Positions 24,574-38,329 of a DNA stretch of 64,000 nt are shown here, in pieces (the first letter of the stretch is position 1; every line of letters begins with the position of its first letter). A program made the translations under genes and the position numbers. Origin of the DNA: Eledone cirrhosa (taxonomy: Eukaryota). The notes beneath the pieces were generated by a model that was not told where the DNA came from, searched no databases, and worked only from the letters and a program-made list of their open reading frames with translations. The stretch is from the NCBI GenBank assembly GCA_964016885.1, contig OZ024745.1:134664682-134728681 (forward strand). The letters run 5' to 3'.

Positions 24574-24624
24574 AGATTCCTGATGATTTCAAATGAATGA
24601 AACAGTTCTAGTCCTGTAGAATCT
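24574..24624 (+). ncRNA. Intact type I hammerhead ribozyme
   Basis: AGATTC-CTGATGA-T-TTC AAAT GAA-T-GAAACAG ttctagtc CTGT-A-GAATCT: full core, three stems, GUA site. Confidence 0.85.
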
Positions 24625-24704
24625 CATCTATATTAAAACTTATACTCTGCTATGTATTGAGTACCTTACTTACTGTGGTTACCTCCGATTCAACCCGGAA
24701 TAAC

Positions 24705-25143
<439 letters not shown>

Positions 25144-25747
25144 GAAAAGGTGAATATAAAATGAAAGTGCTTTTTTTTTAAAAAAAGGAATTTATTAGGT
25201 ATCGACATGTTTCTGTAACAGACGAAATACCTATGTATCGCTGCTTGCGTAATCATATAATGTTAGCAAGTATTCGATAGCAAATGTATAATCAGTTGTC
25301 ACTTCAGAGATTTTGGATAAATTTGAAAAAATCAGAAAAATTGAAGTATTTATATTAGTTGTAATAGAGGAAGAGAAGTATATGACAGATGGTAATTCAA
25401 TTTACTGCTAAACAAGTATATAAATGGTTTTTAATGAGAATACATGAGTAAATGGTTTATTTTATCTAAATAAGAATTTTTGGGAGTGCCTATTTTAATC
25501 TATACTTGACCAATTGAACAATGGACAGGGCTGGTTATTTGGTGTAGTAGTATTAATTATAAAGTGTCGATTAAGGAAGGGGGAGATTTCGACTGCTACT
25601 GAATAACTTCCAATGCTAGTAGTCAGCTGGTATATGCATTAGGGAATTGAATTAAGAAATCTCATTTTATCTATAACAGTTTATATTAAATGATAACCTG
25701 AAATTTTTATATTTATATTTATATATATATATATTTATTTATTTATA

Positions 25748-25895
25748 TATATATATTAAAATAACCGATTAAAGTTTAAGCAAAGAATCGCTGCTTTCAC
25801 CCTTAACGGGATCTTCTGAAATTCATTTAAGATCCCGTTAAGGTTGAAAGCAGCGATTCTTTGCTTAAACTTTAATCTGTTATTTTAATATATAT
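25748..25895. repeat. Near-perfect palindrome (~67-bp arms, 13-bp spacer) of the 14141 hammerhead-bearing repeat
   Basis: aagcaaagaatcgctgctttcacccttaacgggatctt...aagatcccgttaaggttgaaagcagcgattctttgctt. Confidence 0.92.
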
Positions 25896-25984
25896 TTGCT
25901 GTACGGTTCTTATATATTTGATATATATTTATCCATATCGAGCCCTTTTTTAATTTTAGTTTTCAAATTTATTATTATTACTAT

Positions 25985-27770
25985 ATATTATGTGTGTGTG
26001 TATATTATGTGTGTATGTATTCTGTGTGTATTATGTGTCTGTATTAGGTGTCTGTATTTGTGCGTATTATCTGTGTGTATTTGTGTATTATCTGTATTAT
26101 ATGTGTGTATTATATGTGTATATGTGTGTATTATGTGTGTTGGTGGATTGGCAGTATCGGTAGAGGGTCGGACGCCATGCTTTGACGCATAGAGTTACGG
26201 CCCTTGCTATTCTGGGTTCAAATCCCGCCGAGGTTAACTTTGCCTTTCATCCTTACGGGGTTGATAAAATAAAGTACCAGTAATGCACTGGGATAATTGC
26301 TGGCCTTGTGCCAAAAGTAGAAACAATTGTGTGTATTATATGTGTGTATTATGTGTGTATTATATGTGTGTATTATCTGTGTATTATGTGTGTATTATCT
26401 GTGTATTATATGTGTGTATATGTGTGTATTATCTGTGTGTATTATCTGTGCGTATTATCTGTATTATATGTGTGTATTATGTGTGTATTATGTGTGTATT
26501 ATGTGTATTATCTGTGTATTATGTGTGTATTATCTGTGTATTATATGTGTGTATATGTGTGTATTATATGTGTGTATTATCTGTGCGTATTATCTGTATT
26601 ATATGTGTGTATTATCTGTATTATTATATGTGTGTATTATATGTGTGTATTATCTGTGTATTATGTGTGTATTATCTGTATTATATGTGTGTATATGTGT
26701 GTATTATCTGTGTATTATCTGTGCGTATTATCTGTGCGTATTATCTGTATTATATGTGTGTATTATGTGTGTATTATGTGTGTATTATGTGTGTATTATA
26801 TGTGTGTATATGTGTGTATTATCTGTGCGTATTATCTGTATTATATGTGTGTATTATCTGTATTATATGTGTGTATTATGTGTGTATTATATGTGTGTAT
26901 TATCTGTGTATTATGTGTGTATTATCTGTGTATTATATGTGTGTATATGTGTGTATTATCTGTGCGTATTATCTGTATTATATGTGTGTATTATCTGTAT
27001 TATATGTGTGTATTATGTGTGTATTATATGTGTGTATTATCTGTGTATTATGTGTGTATTATCTGTGTATTATATGTGTGTATATGTGTGTATTATCTGT
27101 GCGTATTATCTGTATTATATGTGTGTATTGTGTGTATTATATGTGTGTATTATCTGTGTATTATGTGTGTATTATGTGTGTATTATATGTGTGTATATGT
27201 GTGTATTATATGTGTGTATTATCTGTGCGTATTATCTGTATTATATGTGTGTATTATCTGTATTATATGTGTGTATTATGTGTGTATTATATGTGTGTAT
27301 TATCTGTGTATTATGTGTGTATTATCTGTGTATTATGTGTGTATTATCTGTGCGTATTATCTGTATTATATGTGTGTATTATGTGTGTATTATGTGTGTA
27401 TTATGTGTGTATTATCTGTGTATTATATGTGTGTATATGTGTGTATTATATGTGTGTATTATCTGTGTATTATGTGTGTATTATCTGTCTATTATATGTG
27501 TGTATATGTGTGTATTATATGTGTGTATTATCTGTGCGTATTATCTGTATTATATGTGTGTATTATCTGTATTATATGTGTGTATTATGTGTGTATTATA
27601 TGTGTGTATTATGTGTGTATTATGTGTGTATTATCTGTGTATTATATGTGTGTATATGTGTGTATTATCTGCGTATTATCTGTATTATATGTGTGTATTA
27701 TGTGTGTATTATGTGTGTATTGTGTGTAGTATGTCTGTATTATGTGTCTGTATTATGTGTGTATTTGTAA
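25985..27770. repeat. Complex minisatellite of TATTATGTGTG/TATTATCTG(TG)/TATTATATGTGTG units, interrupted by a SINE
   Basis: Direct reading; explains the 470-530 aa C/V/Y/I ORFs. Confidence 0.95.
26141..26328 (+). mobile_element. tRNA-derived SINE
   Basis: A-box-like tggcagtatcgg, B box ggttcaaatcc, central actttgcctttcatcc, tail ggccttgtgccaaaagtagaaacaatt. Confidence 0.88.
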
Positions 27771-29169
27771 TAAATGTCTACTATATACACATGTATATAT
27801 ATATAATATATAAATACAATATAATAATATATGTTGGTGTGTATCGGGTTTGTGTTTATATCACCGTAGAAATCTGTTTATGCAACATTCTAATTAGCAA
27901 AGGGAAATTACTGTAGTATATTTTAATAAAAATATTTTATTTTCCGTTTTAGCCAGAAATTTTGTTGTTTGATAAAACTGTCATTGAATTTATGCCTTGT
28001 CTGTTTCTGCTGAAGACTACTTTACTAATTAAGCTTAGGCTTAATTTATTATATCGGTTTTCATCGTAAAATTGAGACGGGTGTTTTTTCATGTCTATTT
28101 AATGCAGCACGTTAGTGATATAGTAAGTTTTAGTTTCTATTTGTTTGAATATCATTTCGAAGCAGATACGACGGGGTTCATTAATTTCTAGATGAATTAT
28201 TTGGGTTTAGTTTTAGTTTGTGGTTGTGTGTGTGTGTGTGGGGGGGGGGTATATATAAAACTGAATAGCTATATATATTTATATCATCTTGTCAATATCT
28301 AACCTTTTTCCTCATAAATATAGACAGAAATTACGGTATACAAGTAGGCACATGCATTAAAACTTAATATATGGTTATGTTACCAGGAAGCTGGAGAGTG
28401 AAAGTAATATAGTTACGGTTATCTTGAGGAAACGCTATATTTTTTTTTTTATACGCTTTTGCAATATAAGAATAGGAAACGAAGACAAACTGATTGATGC
28501 AGACAAAATATATATTTATGGTAATTGTTCAGAATTAAGATCGTAGATGTGACCGATGTGAAGCAGCTGTAGAAAGTTGGCATGATGTAGTGAAGAATGC
28601 AGTGGGTAGAAAAGACATCCCCGAGAATAAACATAGAAAGAATAGTTGGTGATTGTTGCAGTGAAAATCAATGAAGTACAAGCATAACGGACAAGAGAGA
28701 AGAATGCAGGCCCAGCAGTTGGAGTTCGCTGCCAAGCAGATGCCAATATAATATGAAATATTAGGGAATCGGATAATGTCGATTCCGTTTTATTGCAAAA
28801 GCGAATCCTTTAAAGTGCGAAACAATATAGTGTTTGTCGTTGATGTATTTATATCTATATTACTCTACATAAGCCCGCAAACAGGCCTTCAACAGTAAAT
28901 ATGTAATTGGCCTTTGTTTAAAAAGAAATTTTTTTTCTTAATATAATTGTTTATCTGCTGGATTGGTCATTGACCATTTTAGTAGGAGAGGGGATTTTGT
29001 TAGTGGTGTGTTACCTTCGCTGACTTAACTCTGAGAAAGAAAAGCAATTATATTTTTCTTTGACTGTATTTAGCCACTGAAGAATGGGTGTAGCTCCTTG
29101 GAGCACTCCAACCAATAATTCGAAGAACCATCGGGTGTAATGACTTTGGCTTTAGTGTTCGTGTAGAGC

Positions 29170-30560
29170 AGTGATACTTTTGTATTCCACAAAAATCTTG
29201 ATCAGGCAGTGACGATAGTCAGAATTATAGGCAATTTGCTTTAGCTCCCTCAAATATCTTCCTCAGCATCAGGATGTGACCGTTGGTTGATCTTTATCTC
29301 TGAAGCTGTTGTGGTTGTTTGAGCTTTTTGTCCATGTAGGGCTGGATTCTCTTAAGAATCATCCTGTTGAGGTTCTTTGCCACAAGTGAGGTCTCCCTGT
29401 AGTTGTTGCTGTTAAAGAGATCTGCCTTCTTTGGCAGTGGCACGAAGTTACTGATCGTCCACTGGTTCAGGGAAACTCGTTTCTCCAGTCCCTTTTTACA
29501 GAACTGCAAGCTATGAAAATCACAACTCTACATGACCTGATGCCACTCGATTTTCTCCATGGGCCTTGCCCTCCTTTATCTTCTTTTTTTGCTCTCTGAA
29601 GCTCTCTGGCAAAGGGTCCTGTCTCAATATTCAGTTTTTGTAACAGCCACCTGATCTGCCCAGTGTTCTTGGCTGTGGAGGGCATCTCATAGTTGTGTTC
29701 TAAAATGGTCCAGCCACTTCCTTTTTCCTATCCTCTGGATCTGTTTCCTTGATCTGACCTTTCCTCCATGTGATCTCGTTGATCATCCAACTGTCAACCG
29801 TTCTCTTAACACTTTTAGTGCCTCCTCTCTGGCGTCAGTGTAAGCGGTACAGAGTGCTTCCCTCATCACCTCCACTGTGTCCATCCTCTCCATAGGATCA
29901 GCACAGAATTGGTCCTTGGCAGGCTGCACACACCTTTGGGTCTGCAGAACTGACATGCTTCTTCTTCTTTCTCCTCAGCATCAGTGTCTCACTTGCTTCT
30001 GCTACTGCATTGTTCAAGTAGCCGTACCTCTTTGTTAAACTCTCCACACAGAGCACTGAACCTGTTGCTCACTTCTCCTGTGAACCTCTTCTGTAGCTTA
30101 TGTTCATTGAAAGTTCCCCAGTCATAGATTATACTGTTGGTGTAGCCTTGCTCTTTCTTAAGCTCACTCGGACCTCACTCATAACAAGCATGTGTCCACT
30201 GTCCCAGTGTACTGAAATAGTTGTATGGTTCTGTGTTGAGAACACTATTGCGCTGCTTTTTCCTCACCAGAAAGAAATCAATCTAGGTCTTGGTCCACAT
30301 CTTTTCTGGATTCTTCCTTAACGTTAGGTTGGTTGCCATCAAGTTTGCATCCAGCATGGCGTCTGTCGGTAGTCTTCCATTTCGGTTGGTGTTAGGGAAT
30401 TACCAGCGCGGATCTTCACTGCTCTCCTTACTCAGATGTGCATAGAAGTCCCTCAGAAGAATGATGTTTTGAGCTTGTGTGGTGTTGACAGCTCTACAGA
30501 TCTCATGAAATTCCTCTGCATTCACATCACTGTCTCCCTTGGTAGAACTATAAGCTGATA
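29170..30560 (-). mobile_element. RTE-X-like LINE remnant (copies ~34440-35620, ~39120-39640, ~43480-44840)
   Basis: VPLPKKADL..NNYRGTSL.AKTLNRMILKRIQP; endonuclease-like IILLRDFYAHL. Confidence 0.75.
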
Positions 30561-30619
30561 TCCGGTTTTAAATTCCTGTTATTGCCTGCAGGACTATGAT
30601 AAAAAGGAGAGGGCTAAGA

Positions 30620-31520
30620 ACAGCCCTGGTGTACACGGACCTGCATGCTAAATTCCTCGCTCTAATCATTGATAACCCTAACTTTGCTGATTGTTTCTTT
30701 ATACATGGCTTGTACAGCCCTCATAAGCCATTCATCTACTTTTAATTTTCCAAGAGCCCACCGTATTATAGCATGGTGGACTCTGTCGAAGGCTTTTTCC
30801 ATTTCGACAAATGCCAGGTAGAGTGGCTTACTTTTAGCTAGGTACTAATCAACTGTGCTATAACTCTTTACGTTACTTTCATGATCTGGTCCATCAGCTT
30901 TATACCTCTCTAGTTTCCTCTATCTAGTGCATCACCTTTACCTTTGTATCAGTTGACCATGATGCTGCTGCACGAATCGTTTAGTATTATCTAGTTAACA
31001 TTACTTGTGGTTATGGTCTGATCTACTGACCCAGATGCCTTGAGCATCTCGGCAACTATACCCGATGGACCGGTTGCCTTCCCCGTCTTCATATCTTTGA
31101 TTGCCATACTATATTGCTGCTGACTTGTTCTGCTAGCCCCTCTATAGGGTTCACTTTGGGTATGGTATCTTTTTCCCATGCATTCTCCCCATTTAGTAAT
31201 CTTTCATACTGGCTCTTCCATGCATCTCCTCAGAAATTGTGAGTGCAATCTGACCTTTATCATTCTGGATACACTTTTGTCCAATGACATCACAATTCTC
31301 TCTGACACACTGCCTCGTAATCTCGAACACCTGTTTCTGTTCCTCGTGTTGCAAAAGATGCTTGAAATTCCTATCCTCTACCTCCCTTCTAGCTAAGTAT
31401 ACTTGTCGCCTAGCTTCGCTCCTGGTCTCTATGTAATGTGCCCTGTTTTTCCATTCTTTCCATGCCTGTCTCTTAGCCTTAATTGCCTCATCTACCATAT
31501 TGTTCTACCACCAAGTGACT
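30620..31520 (-). mobile_element. RTE LINE RT remnant (copies ~35630-36570, ~39710-40700, ~44900-45750)
   Basis: VDEAIKAKRQAWKEWK, MKTGKATGPSGIVAEMLKA, LYLAFVEMEKAFDRV. Confidence 0.85.
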
Positions 31521-32149
31521 CTCCTAATCCATGTATATATCTTTTTATCATTATCCTTTTCTCAAATATACACACATGCAAATATTATGCATGGATATGT
31601 TAACTGGTAGCTGGAGAGTGAGAATAATATAGATGATAAAAATCTATCTTCAGCAACAAGTGCTATATTGTCTCCCATGTTGAAAGATATTATTTTACAA
31701 TATAAGAACTTGAAACTAAGACTAACTGATGTATAGAATAGAAAGACCTAGATGTGAAAAGAAGTGGAAATTGTGCAGATTGAAGATTGAAGATTTGACC
31801 GATGTGAAGAAACTGGAAAGATGTTTCGAAAAGAGTGAAGAATGCAGTCCGTAGGAAAGACACCCCCGAGAGTGAACATTTGAAGCTAGAGCAAGGTTTT
31901 AAGAGTTAGAAAGAGTAGTTGTTGATTGTTCCTGTGAAAAGCAATGAAGTGCAAGCATAACAGACGAGACAAGAATGCAGACCCAGCAGTCGGAGATAAG
32001 CAGCGAAGCAGATGCCAATATAATATTAAATATTAGAGAATCAGTTTGTTCTTATTTCATGTTTTATTGCGAAATGGTATTGTTGAAAGCTAAAGACAAT
32101 ATAGCGTTTGTTGAAGATGATGTATACTTTCTATGCAGAAATAAGGAAA

Positions 32150-32960
32150 CATTTGCAGTCATCTTCATAATCATACGTTCGCTTTCAAGTGTGGGACATG
32201 TACTATTGAGCACCGCCTCTCCACTTATACCGGTCGTTGGTCACCTCGTTGGTGATCGTTAGCGATTTGAGGTCTGCTTTCACCACCCGTCTGTTTTTCT
32301 TAGTCTTCCTTCTACTGGAATTACTTGGCACATGTTTACCCAGCAAACCATCTTATTCTTCTCTCCTGCACATAACTCATACCCATTTTCTCTCTCAACT
32401 CATCTCTGCTCGGTCGTCGGAGCATGCTTCCTTCATTTCTTTGCCAGCCTTGGCATATTCTCTGCAATTGCTGGCCATGTCTCACTTCTTCCAACCCATC
32501 CTTATTGTAGATATTATGGCCTCGTAGTAGCCTCCTCTCTTTCTAATCTGCTCATCTGTATAGAACCCACCTTCATTTGAAAACTGTTTCTATCACTGTC
32601 ACTTCTACTGTGAAATTTCTCTGTACATGTAGTTTTCACTACCTGTTTGCTTGCTATCCCACTACATATGTTGAGTACCCCAGATGTGCATTGTGTATAT
32701 TTTATAGAATTTATCCCAACTCCTTTTCAACATAGGGAGCATGTCCTCTTTTCTATGTTTTTATTCTGTCCTCTTGCTTCCAACTACTGTTTCCATAGAC
32801 AGCATTTCTTCTTTAGCTTCTTTACTGATTCTGCTATAAGAACCAGATCGTCATGGACAGCTAGTTTTAAACGCATCTGTTACTGACAGCACCTCTGTAC
32901 AAAGCCTGCACTGCCCTCACAAGACATTCCCCAACACCTAGTTTGGTTAGGCACCACCAG
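32150..32960 (-). mobile_element. RTE LINE 3'-end remnant (copies ~37230-37980, ~41345-42140, ~46380-47210)
   Basis: VEGTRSRGRLGKT..VVRADLKSL and a (CAT)n tail, homologous to 1-420. Confidence 0.75.
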
Positions 32961-33107
32961 ATGACAGATCATGGTACCCTACCAAAGGAGTTGTCTGTCA
33001 ACAAAATTAATTGCTAAGATGGATTACATTGCCACCGGTTATATTTTATATATTTCCTAAGACTCGTTTGATTAAAAAGCTTTTACTGACATTATTAGTT
33101 GTAGCTA

Positions 33108-33293
33108 GGCGGTGGGTTGGCAGTATCGGTGGAGGGTCGGACGCCATGCTTTGACTTAAAGAGTTACGTCCCTTTACGATCTGAGTTCAAATCCCGCCGA
33201 GGTTAACTTTGCCTTTCATCCTTACGGGGTGGATAAAATAAAGTACCAGTAATGTACTGGGTTATTGCCGGCCTTGTGCCAAAAGTAGAAACA
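33108..33293 (+). mobile_element. tRNA-derived SINE with 17-bp TSD
   Basis: attattagttgtagcta at 33091-33107 and 33294-33310; B box gagttcaaatcc. Confidence 0.92.
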
Positions 33294-36200
33294 ATTATTA
33301 GTTGTAGCTATAAGTTTAGCTAGATTGCCAGCGTTGAAATAGTATATGTCTATGTATGTATACACGTACACATGTTATTATGTATAGTGTTTTTGTGTTT
33401 ATACGTCTACAAATGTTTATGCCATATTTCAATTAGGAAAGGGAGTTTTACTCTTGGATATTTTAATAAAATTACGAGTTCTTTCCCCTCTTAGCAGGAA
33501 ATTTAGTTGTTTGATAAAACTCAATATTCAAGGCTGGTTGTCTCGGTCAGTGGTAAGCGTCTGTTGAAGACTAGACATCGAAATTACGATATACAAGTAC
33601 ACGCATGGATATGTTGCCAAGGAGCTGTCGAGTGATTATAATGTAGATAAGCAAAATCTATGAACACTCGCTATATTATCTCGCACTTTTATGGATATGT
33701 TTTTGCAATACAAGAATAGGAAACGAAGAAAAACTAATTCACTGAATACAGTGTGATGCAGGCAAAAGATGTTGAAATTGTGCCGAATTAAGATTGAAAA
33801 TTTGACCGATGTGAAAGAAGCTGTGGAAAATTTGCATGATGTAATGAAGAATGCATTGGTTAGAAAAGACATCCCCGAGAATAAACAGAAAGAGTAGTTG
33901 CGGATTGTTCCAGTGAAAATCAATGAAGTGCAAGCATAACAGATGAGAGAAGCATGCAGGCCCAGCAGTTCGAGTTAGCTGCCAAGGAGATGCCAATATA
34001 ATATAAAATATTAATGGAATCAGATAGTTTATTGATTCCCTGTTTTATTGCAAAAGCGAATCCTTTAAAGTGCGAGACAATATAGTGTTTGTCGTTGATG
34101 TATTTTTATCTATATTACTCTGCGTAAATACGGAAAAATTTATGAGATGCCCGACCCTACATAAGCCCACAAACAGACATTCAACAGTAAATATTTAATT
34201 GTCCTTTGTTTAAAAAGAAATTTTTTTTTCTTAATATAATTGTTTATCTGCTGGATTGGTCATTGACCATTTTAGTAGGAGAGGGGATTTTGTTAGTGGT
34301 GCGTTACCTTCGCTGACTTAACTCTGAGAAAGAAAAGCAATTATATTTTTCTTTAACTGTATTTAGCCACTGAACAATGGGTGTAGCTCCTTGGAGCACT
34401 CGGGTGTAATGACTTTGGCTTTAGTGTTCGTGTAGAGCAGTGATACTTTTGTATTCCACAAAAATCTTGATCAGGCATTGACGATAGTCAGAATTATAGG
34501 CAATTTGCTTTAGCTCCCTCAAATATCTTCTTCAGCATCAGGATGTGACCGTTGGTTGATCTCTATCTGTGAAGCTGTTCTGGTTGTTTGAGCTTTTTGT
34601 CCATGCAGGGCTGGATTCTCTTTAGAATCATCCTGTTGAGGGTCTTTGCCACAAGTGAGGTCCCCCTGTAGTTGTTTCTGTTAGAGAGATCTGCCTTCTT
34701 TGGCAGTGGCACGAAGTTATTGATCGTCCACTTGTTCAGGGCAACTCGTTTCTCCAGTCCCTTTTTACAGATCTCCAAGATATGAAAATCACAACTCTAC
34801 ATGACCTGATGCCACTCGATTTTCTCCATGGGCCTTGCCCTCCTTTATCTTCTTTTTTTGCTCTCTGAAGCTCCTCTCTGGCAAAGGGTCCTGTCTCAAT
34901 ATCCAGTTATTGTAACAGCCACCTGATCTGCCCAGTGTTCTTGTCTGTGGAGGGCATCTCATAGTTGTGTTCTAAAATGGTTCAGCCATTTCCTTTTTCC
35001 TATCCTCTGGATCTGTTTCCTGGATCTGACCTTTCCTCCATGTGATCTCGTTGATCATCCAACTGTCAACCGTTCTCTTAACACTTTAGTGCCTCCTCTC
35101 TGGCGTCAGTGTAAGCGGTACAGAGTGCTTCCCTCATCACCTCCACTGTGTTCATCCTCTCCATAGGATCAGCACATAAATTGGTCCTTGGCAGGCTGCA
35201 CACACTTTCTGGTCTGAAGAACTGACATGCTTCCTCTTCTTTCTCCTCAGCATCAGTGTCTCACTTGCTTCTGCTACTGCATTGTTCAAGTAGCCGTACC
35301 TCTTTGTTAAACTCTCCACACAGAGCACTGAACCTGTTGCTCACTTCTCCTGTGAACCTCTTCTGTAGCTTATGTTCCTTGAACGTTCCCCAGTCATAGA
35401 TTATACTGTTGGTGTAGCCTTGCTCTTTCTTAAGCTCACTCGGACCTCACTCATAACAAGCATGTGTCCACTGTCACAGTGTACTGAAATAGTTGTATGG
35501 TTCTGTGTTGAGAACACTATTGCGCTGCTTTTTCCTCACCAGAAAGAAATCAATCTAGGTCTTGGTCCACATCTTTTCTGGATTCTCCCTTAACGTTAGG
35601 TTGGTTGCCATCAAGTTTGCACTGGCAGGACACGGACCTGCATGCTAAATTACTCGCTCTAGTCATTCATAACCCTAACTTTGCTGATTGTTTCTTTATA
35701 CATGGCTTGGTACAGCCCTCATAAGCTATTCATCTACTTCAAATTTTCTAAGAGCTCACCAGATTATAGCATGGTGGACTCTGTCGAAGGCCTTTTCCAT
35801 TTCGACAAATGCCAGGTAGAGTTGCTTACTTTTAGCTAGGTACTTTTCCTGTAACTGCGTCACAAAAGTGAGGACATGAGTGGTGCCTTTTCCTGGTACA
35901 AAGCACAATTGCATATCATGTAGTTTCACCGTGTTCCTAATCAACTGTGCTCTAACTCTGTTACTTTCATGACCTGGTCCATCAGCTTTATACCTCTATA
36001 GTTTCCTCTATCTAGTGCATCACCTTTACCTTTGTATCAGTTGACCATGATGCTGCTGCACGAATCGTTTGGTACGACGCCCTTTAGTATTATCTAGTTA
36101 ACAATACGTGTGGTTATGGTCTGATCTACCGACCCGATGGACCGGTTGCCTTCCCCGTCTTCATATCTATGATTGCCATACTACATTGCTGCTGACTTGT

Positions 36201-38143
36201 TCTGCTAGCCCCTCTATAGGGTTCACTTTGGGTATGGTATCTTTTTCCCATACATTCTCCTCATTTAGTAATCTTTCATACTGGCTCTTCCACGCATCTT
36301 CTCAGCACTTGTGAGTGCAAGCTGACCTTTATCATTCTGGATACACTTTTGTCCAATGACATCACAATTCACTCTGGAACACCTGTTTCTTTTCCTCGTG
36401 TTGCAAAACATGCTTGAATTTCCTATCCTCTACCTTCCTTCTAGCTAAGTATACTTGTCGCCTAGCTTTGCTCCTGGTCTCTCTGTAATGTGCCCTGTTT
36501 TTCCATTCTTTCCATGCCTGTCTCTTAGCCTTAACTGGCTCATCTACCATATTGTTCTACCACCAAGTCACTCTCCTCATCCATGTATATATCTTTTTAT
36601 CATCTTTTTCTCAAATATCCACACATGACGACACACATGCAAATCTTATGCATGGATATGTTAACTGGTAGCTGGAGAGAGAATAATATAGATAAGTCTA
36701 TCTTCAGCAACAAGTGCTATATTGTCTCCCATGTTGAAAGATATTATTTTACAATATAAGAACTTGAAACTAAGACTAACTGATGTATAGAATAGAAAGA
36801 CCTAGATGTGAAAAGAAGTGGAAATTGTGCAGATTGAAGATTGAAGATTTGACCCGATGTGAAGAAACTGGAAAGATGTGTCGAAAAGAGTGAAGAATGC
36901 AGTCCGTAGGAAAGACATCCCCGAGAGTGAACATTTGAAGCTAGAGCAAGGTTTTAAGAGTTAGAAAGAGTAGTTGTTGATTGTTCCTGTGAAAAGCAAC
37001 GAAGTGCAAGCATAACAGACGAGACAAGAATGCAGGCCCAGCAGTCGGAGTTAAGCAGCGAAGCAGATGCCAATATATTATTAAATATTAGAGAATCAGT
37101 TTGTTCTTATTTCATATTTTATTGCTAAATGGTATTGTTGAAAGCTAAAGACAATATAGTGTTTGTTGAAGATGATCTACTTTGTTTATGTATATTACTT
37201 TTTATGCAGAAATAAGGAAACATTTGCACAGTCATCATCATCATACGTTCGCTTTCAAGTGTGGGACATGTACTATTGGGCACCGCCTCTCTCGGCTTAT
37301 ACTGGTCGTTGGTCACCACGTTGGTGATCGTTAGACGGGGGTGGTGAGAGCAGACCTCAAATCGCTATGTTTTTCCTAGTCTTCCTTTACTGCGTCTTCC
37401 TTCTACTGGCATTTCTTGGCACATGTTTCCCCAGCAAACCATCTTATTCTTCTCTCCAGCACTCCACAACTCATACCCATTTTCTCTCTCAACTCATCTC
37501 TGCTCGATGGTTGACGAACATCTAACGGAGCATGCTTCCTTCATTTCTTTGCCAGCCTTGGCATATTCTCTGGAATTGCTGGCCATGTCTCACTTCTTCC
37601 AACTCATCTTTATTGTAGATACTGTGGCCTCGTAGTAGACTCCTCTCTTTCTAATCTGCTCATCTATGTAGCGGAAGGTACGAACCACTTGTATAGAACC
37701 CACCTTCATTTGAAAACTGTTTCTATCACTGGTACTTCTACTGTGAAATTTCTCTGTACAGGTAGTTTTAACTACCTGTTTGCTTGCTATCCCACTACAT
37801 ATGTTGAGTACCCCAGATGTGGTGCATTGCGTATATTTTATAGAATTTATCTGGCTGTCCATGACGATCTGGTTCTTATAGCAGTTTTAAACGCATCTGT
37901 TACTGACAGCACCTCTGTACAAAGCCTGCACTGCCCTCACAAGACATTCCCCAACACCTAGTTTGGTTAGGCACCACCAGATGACAGATCATGGTACCCT
38001 ACCAAAGGACTTGTCTGTCAACAAAATTAATTTAATTGCTAAGATGGATTACATTGCCACCGGTTATATTTTATATATTTCCTAAGACTCTTTTGATTAA
38101 AAAGCTTAATTTTTATTTTTACTGACATTATTAGTTGTAGCTA

Positions 38144-38329
38144 GGCGGTGGGTTGGCAGTATCGGTGGAGGGTCGGACGCCATGCTTTGACGCAAAGAAT
38201 TACGTCCCTTTACGATCCGAGTCCAAATCCCGTCGAGGTTAACTTTGCCCTTCATCCTTACGGGGTGGATAAAATAAAGTACCAGTAATGTACTGGTTAA
38301 TTGCTGGCCTTGTGCCAAAAGTAGAAACA
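38144..38329 (+). mobile_element. tRNA-derived SINE with the same 17-bp TSD (duplicated with its unit)
   Basis: attattagttgtagcta at 38127-38143 and 38330-38346. Confidence 0.92.

Noticed and set aside
25197-25235. Minus-strand GAAACATGTC hammerhead half
   Set aside because: No CUGANGA at the expected position
26283-27916. Three 470-530 aa Cys/Val/Tyr-rich ORFs
   Set aside because: All three frames are open because the minisatellite lacks stop codons
33108-33200. tRNA gene
   Set aside because: A/B boxes belong to a SINE head; no cloverleaf, and a TSD is present
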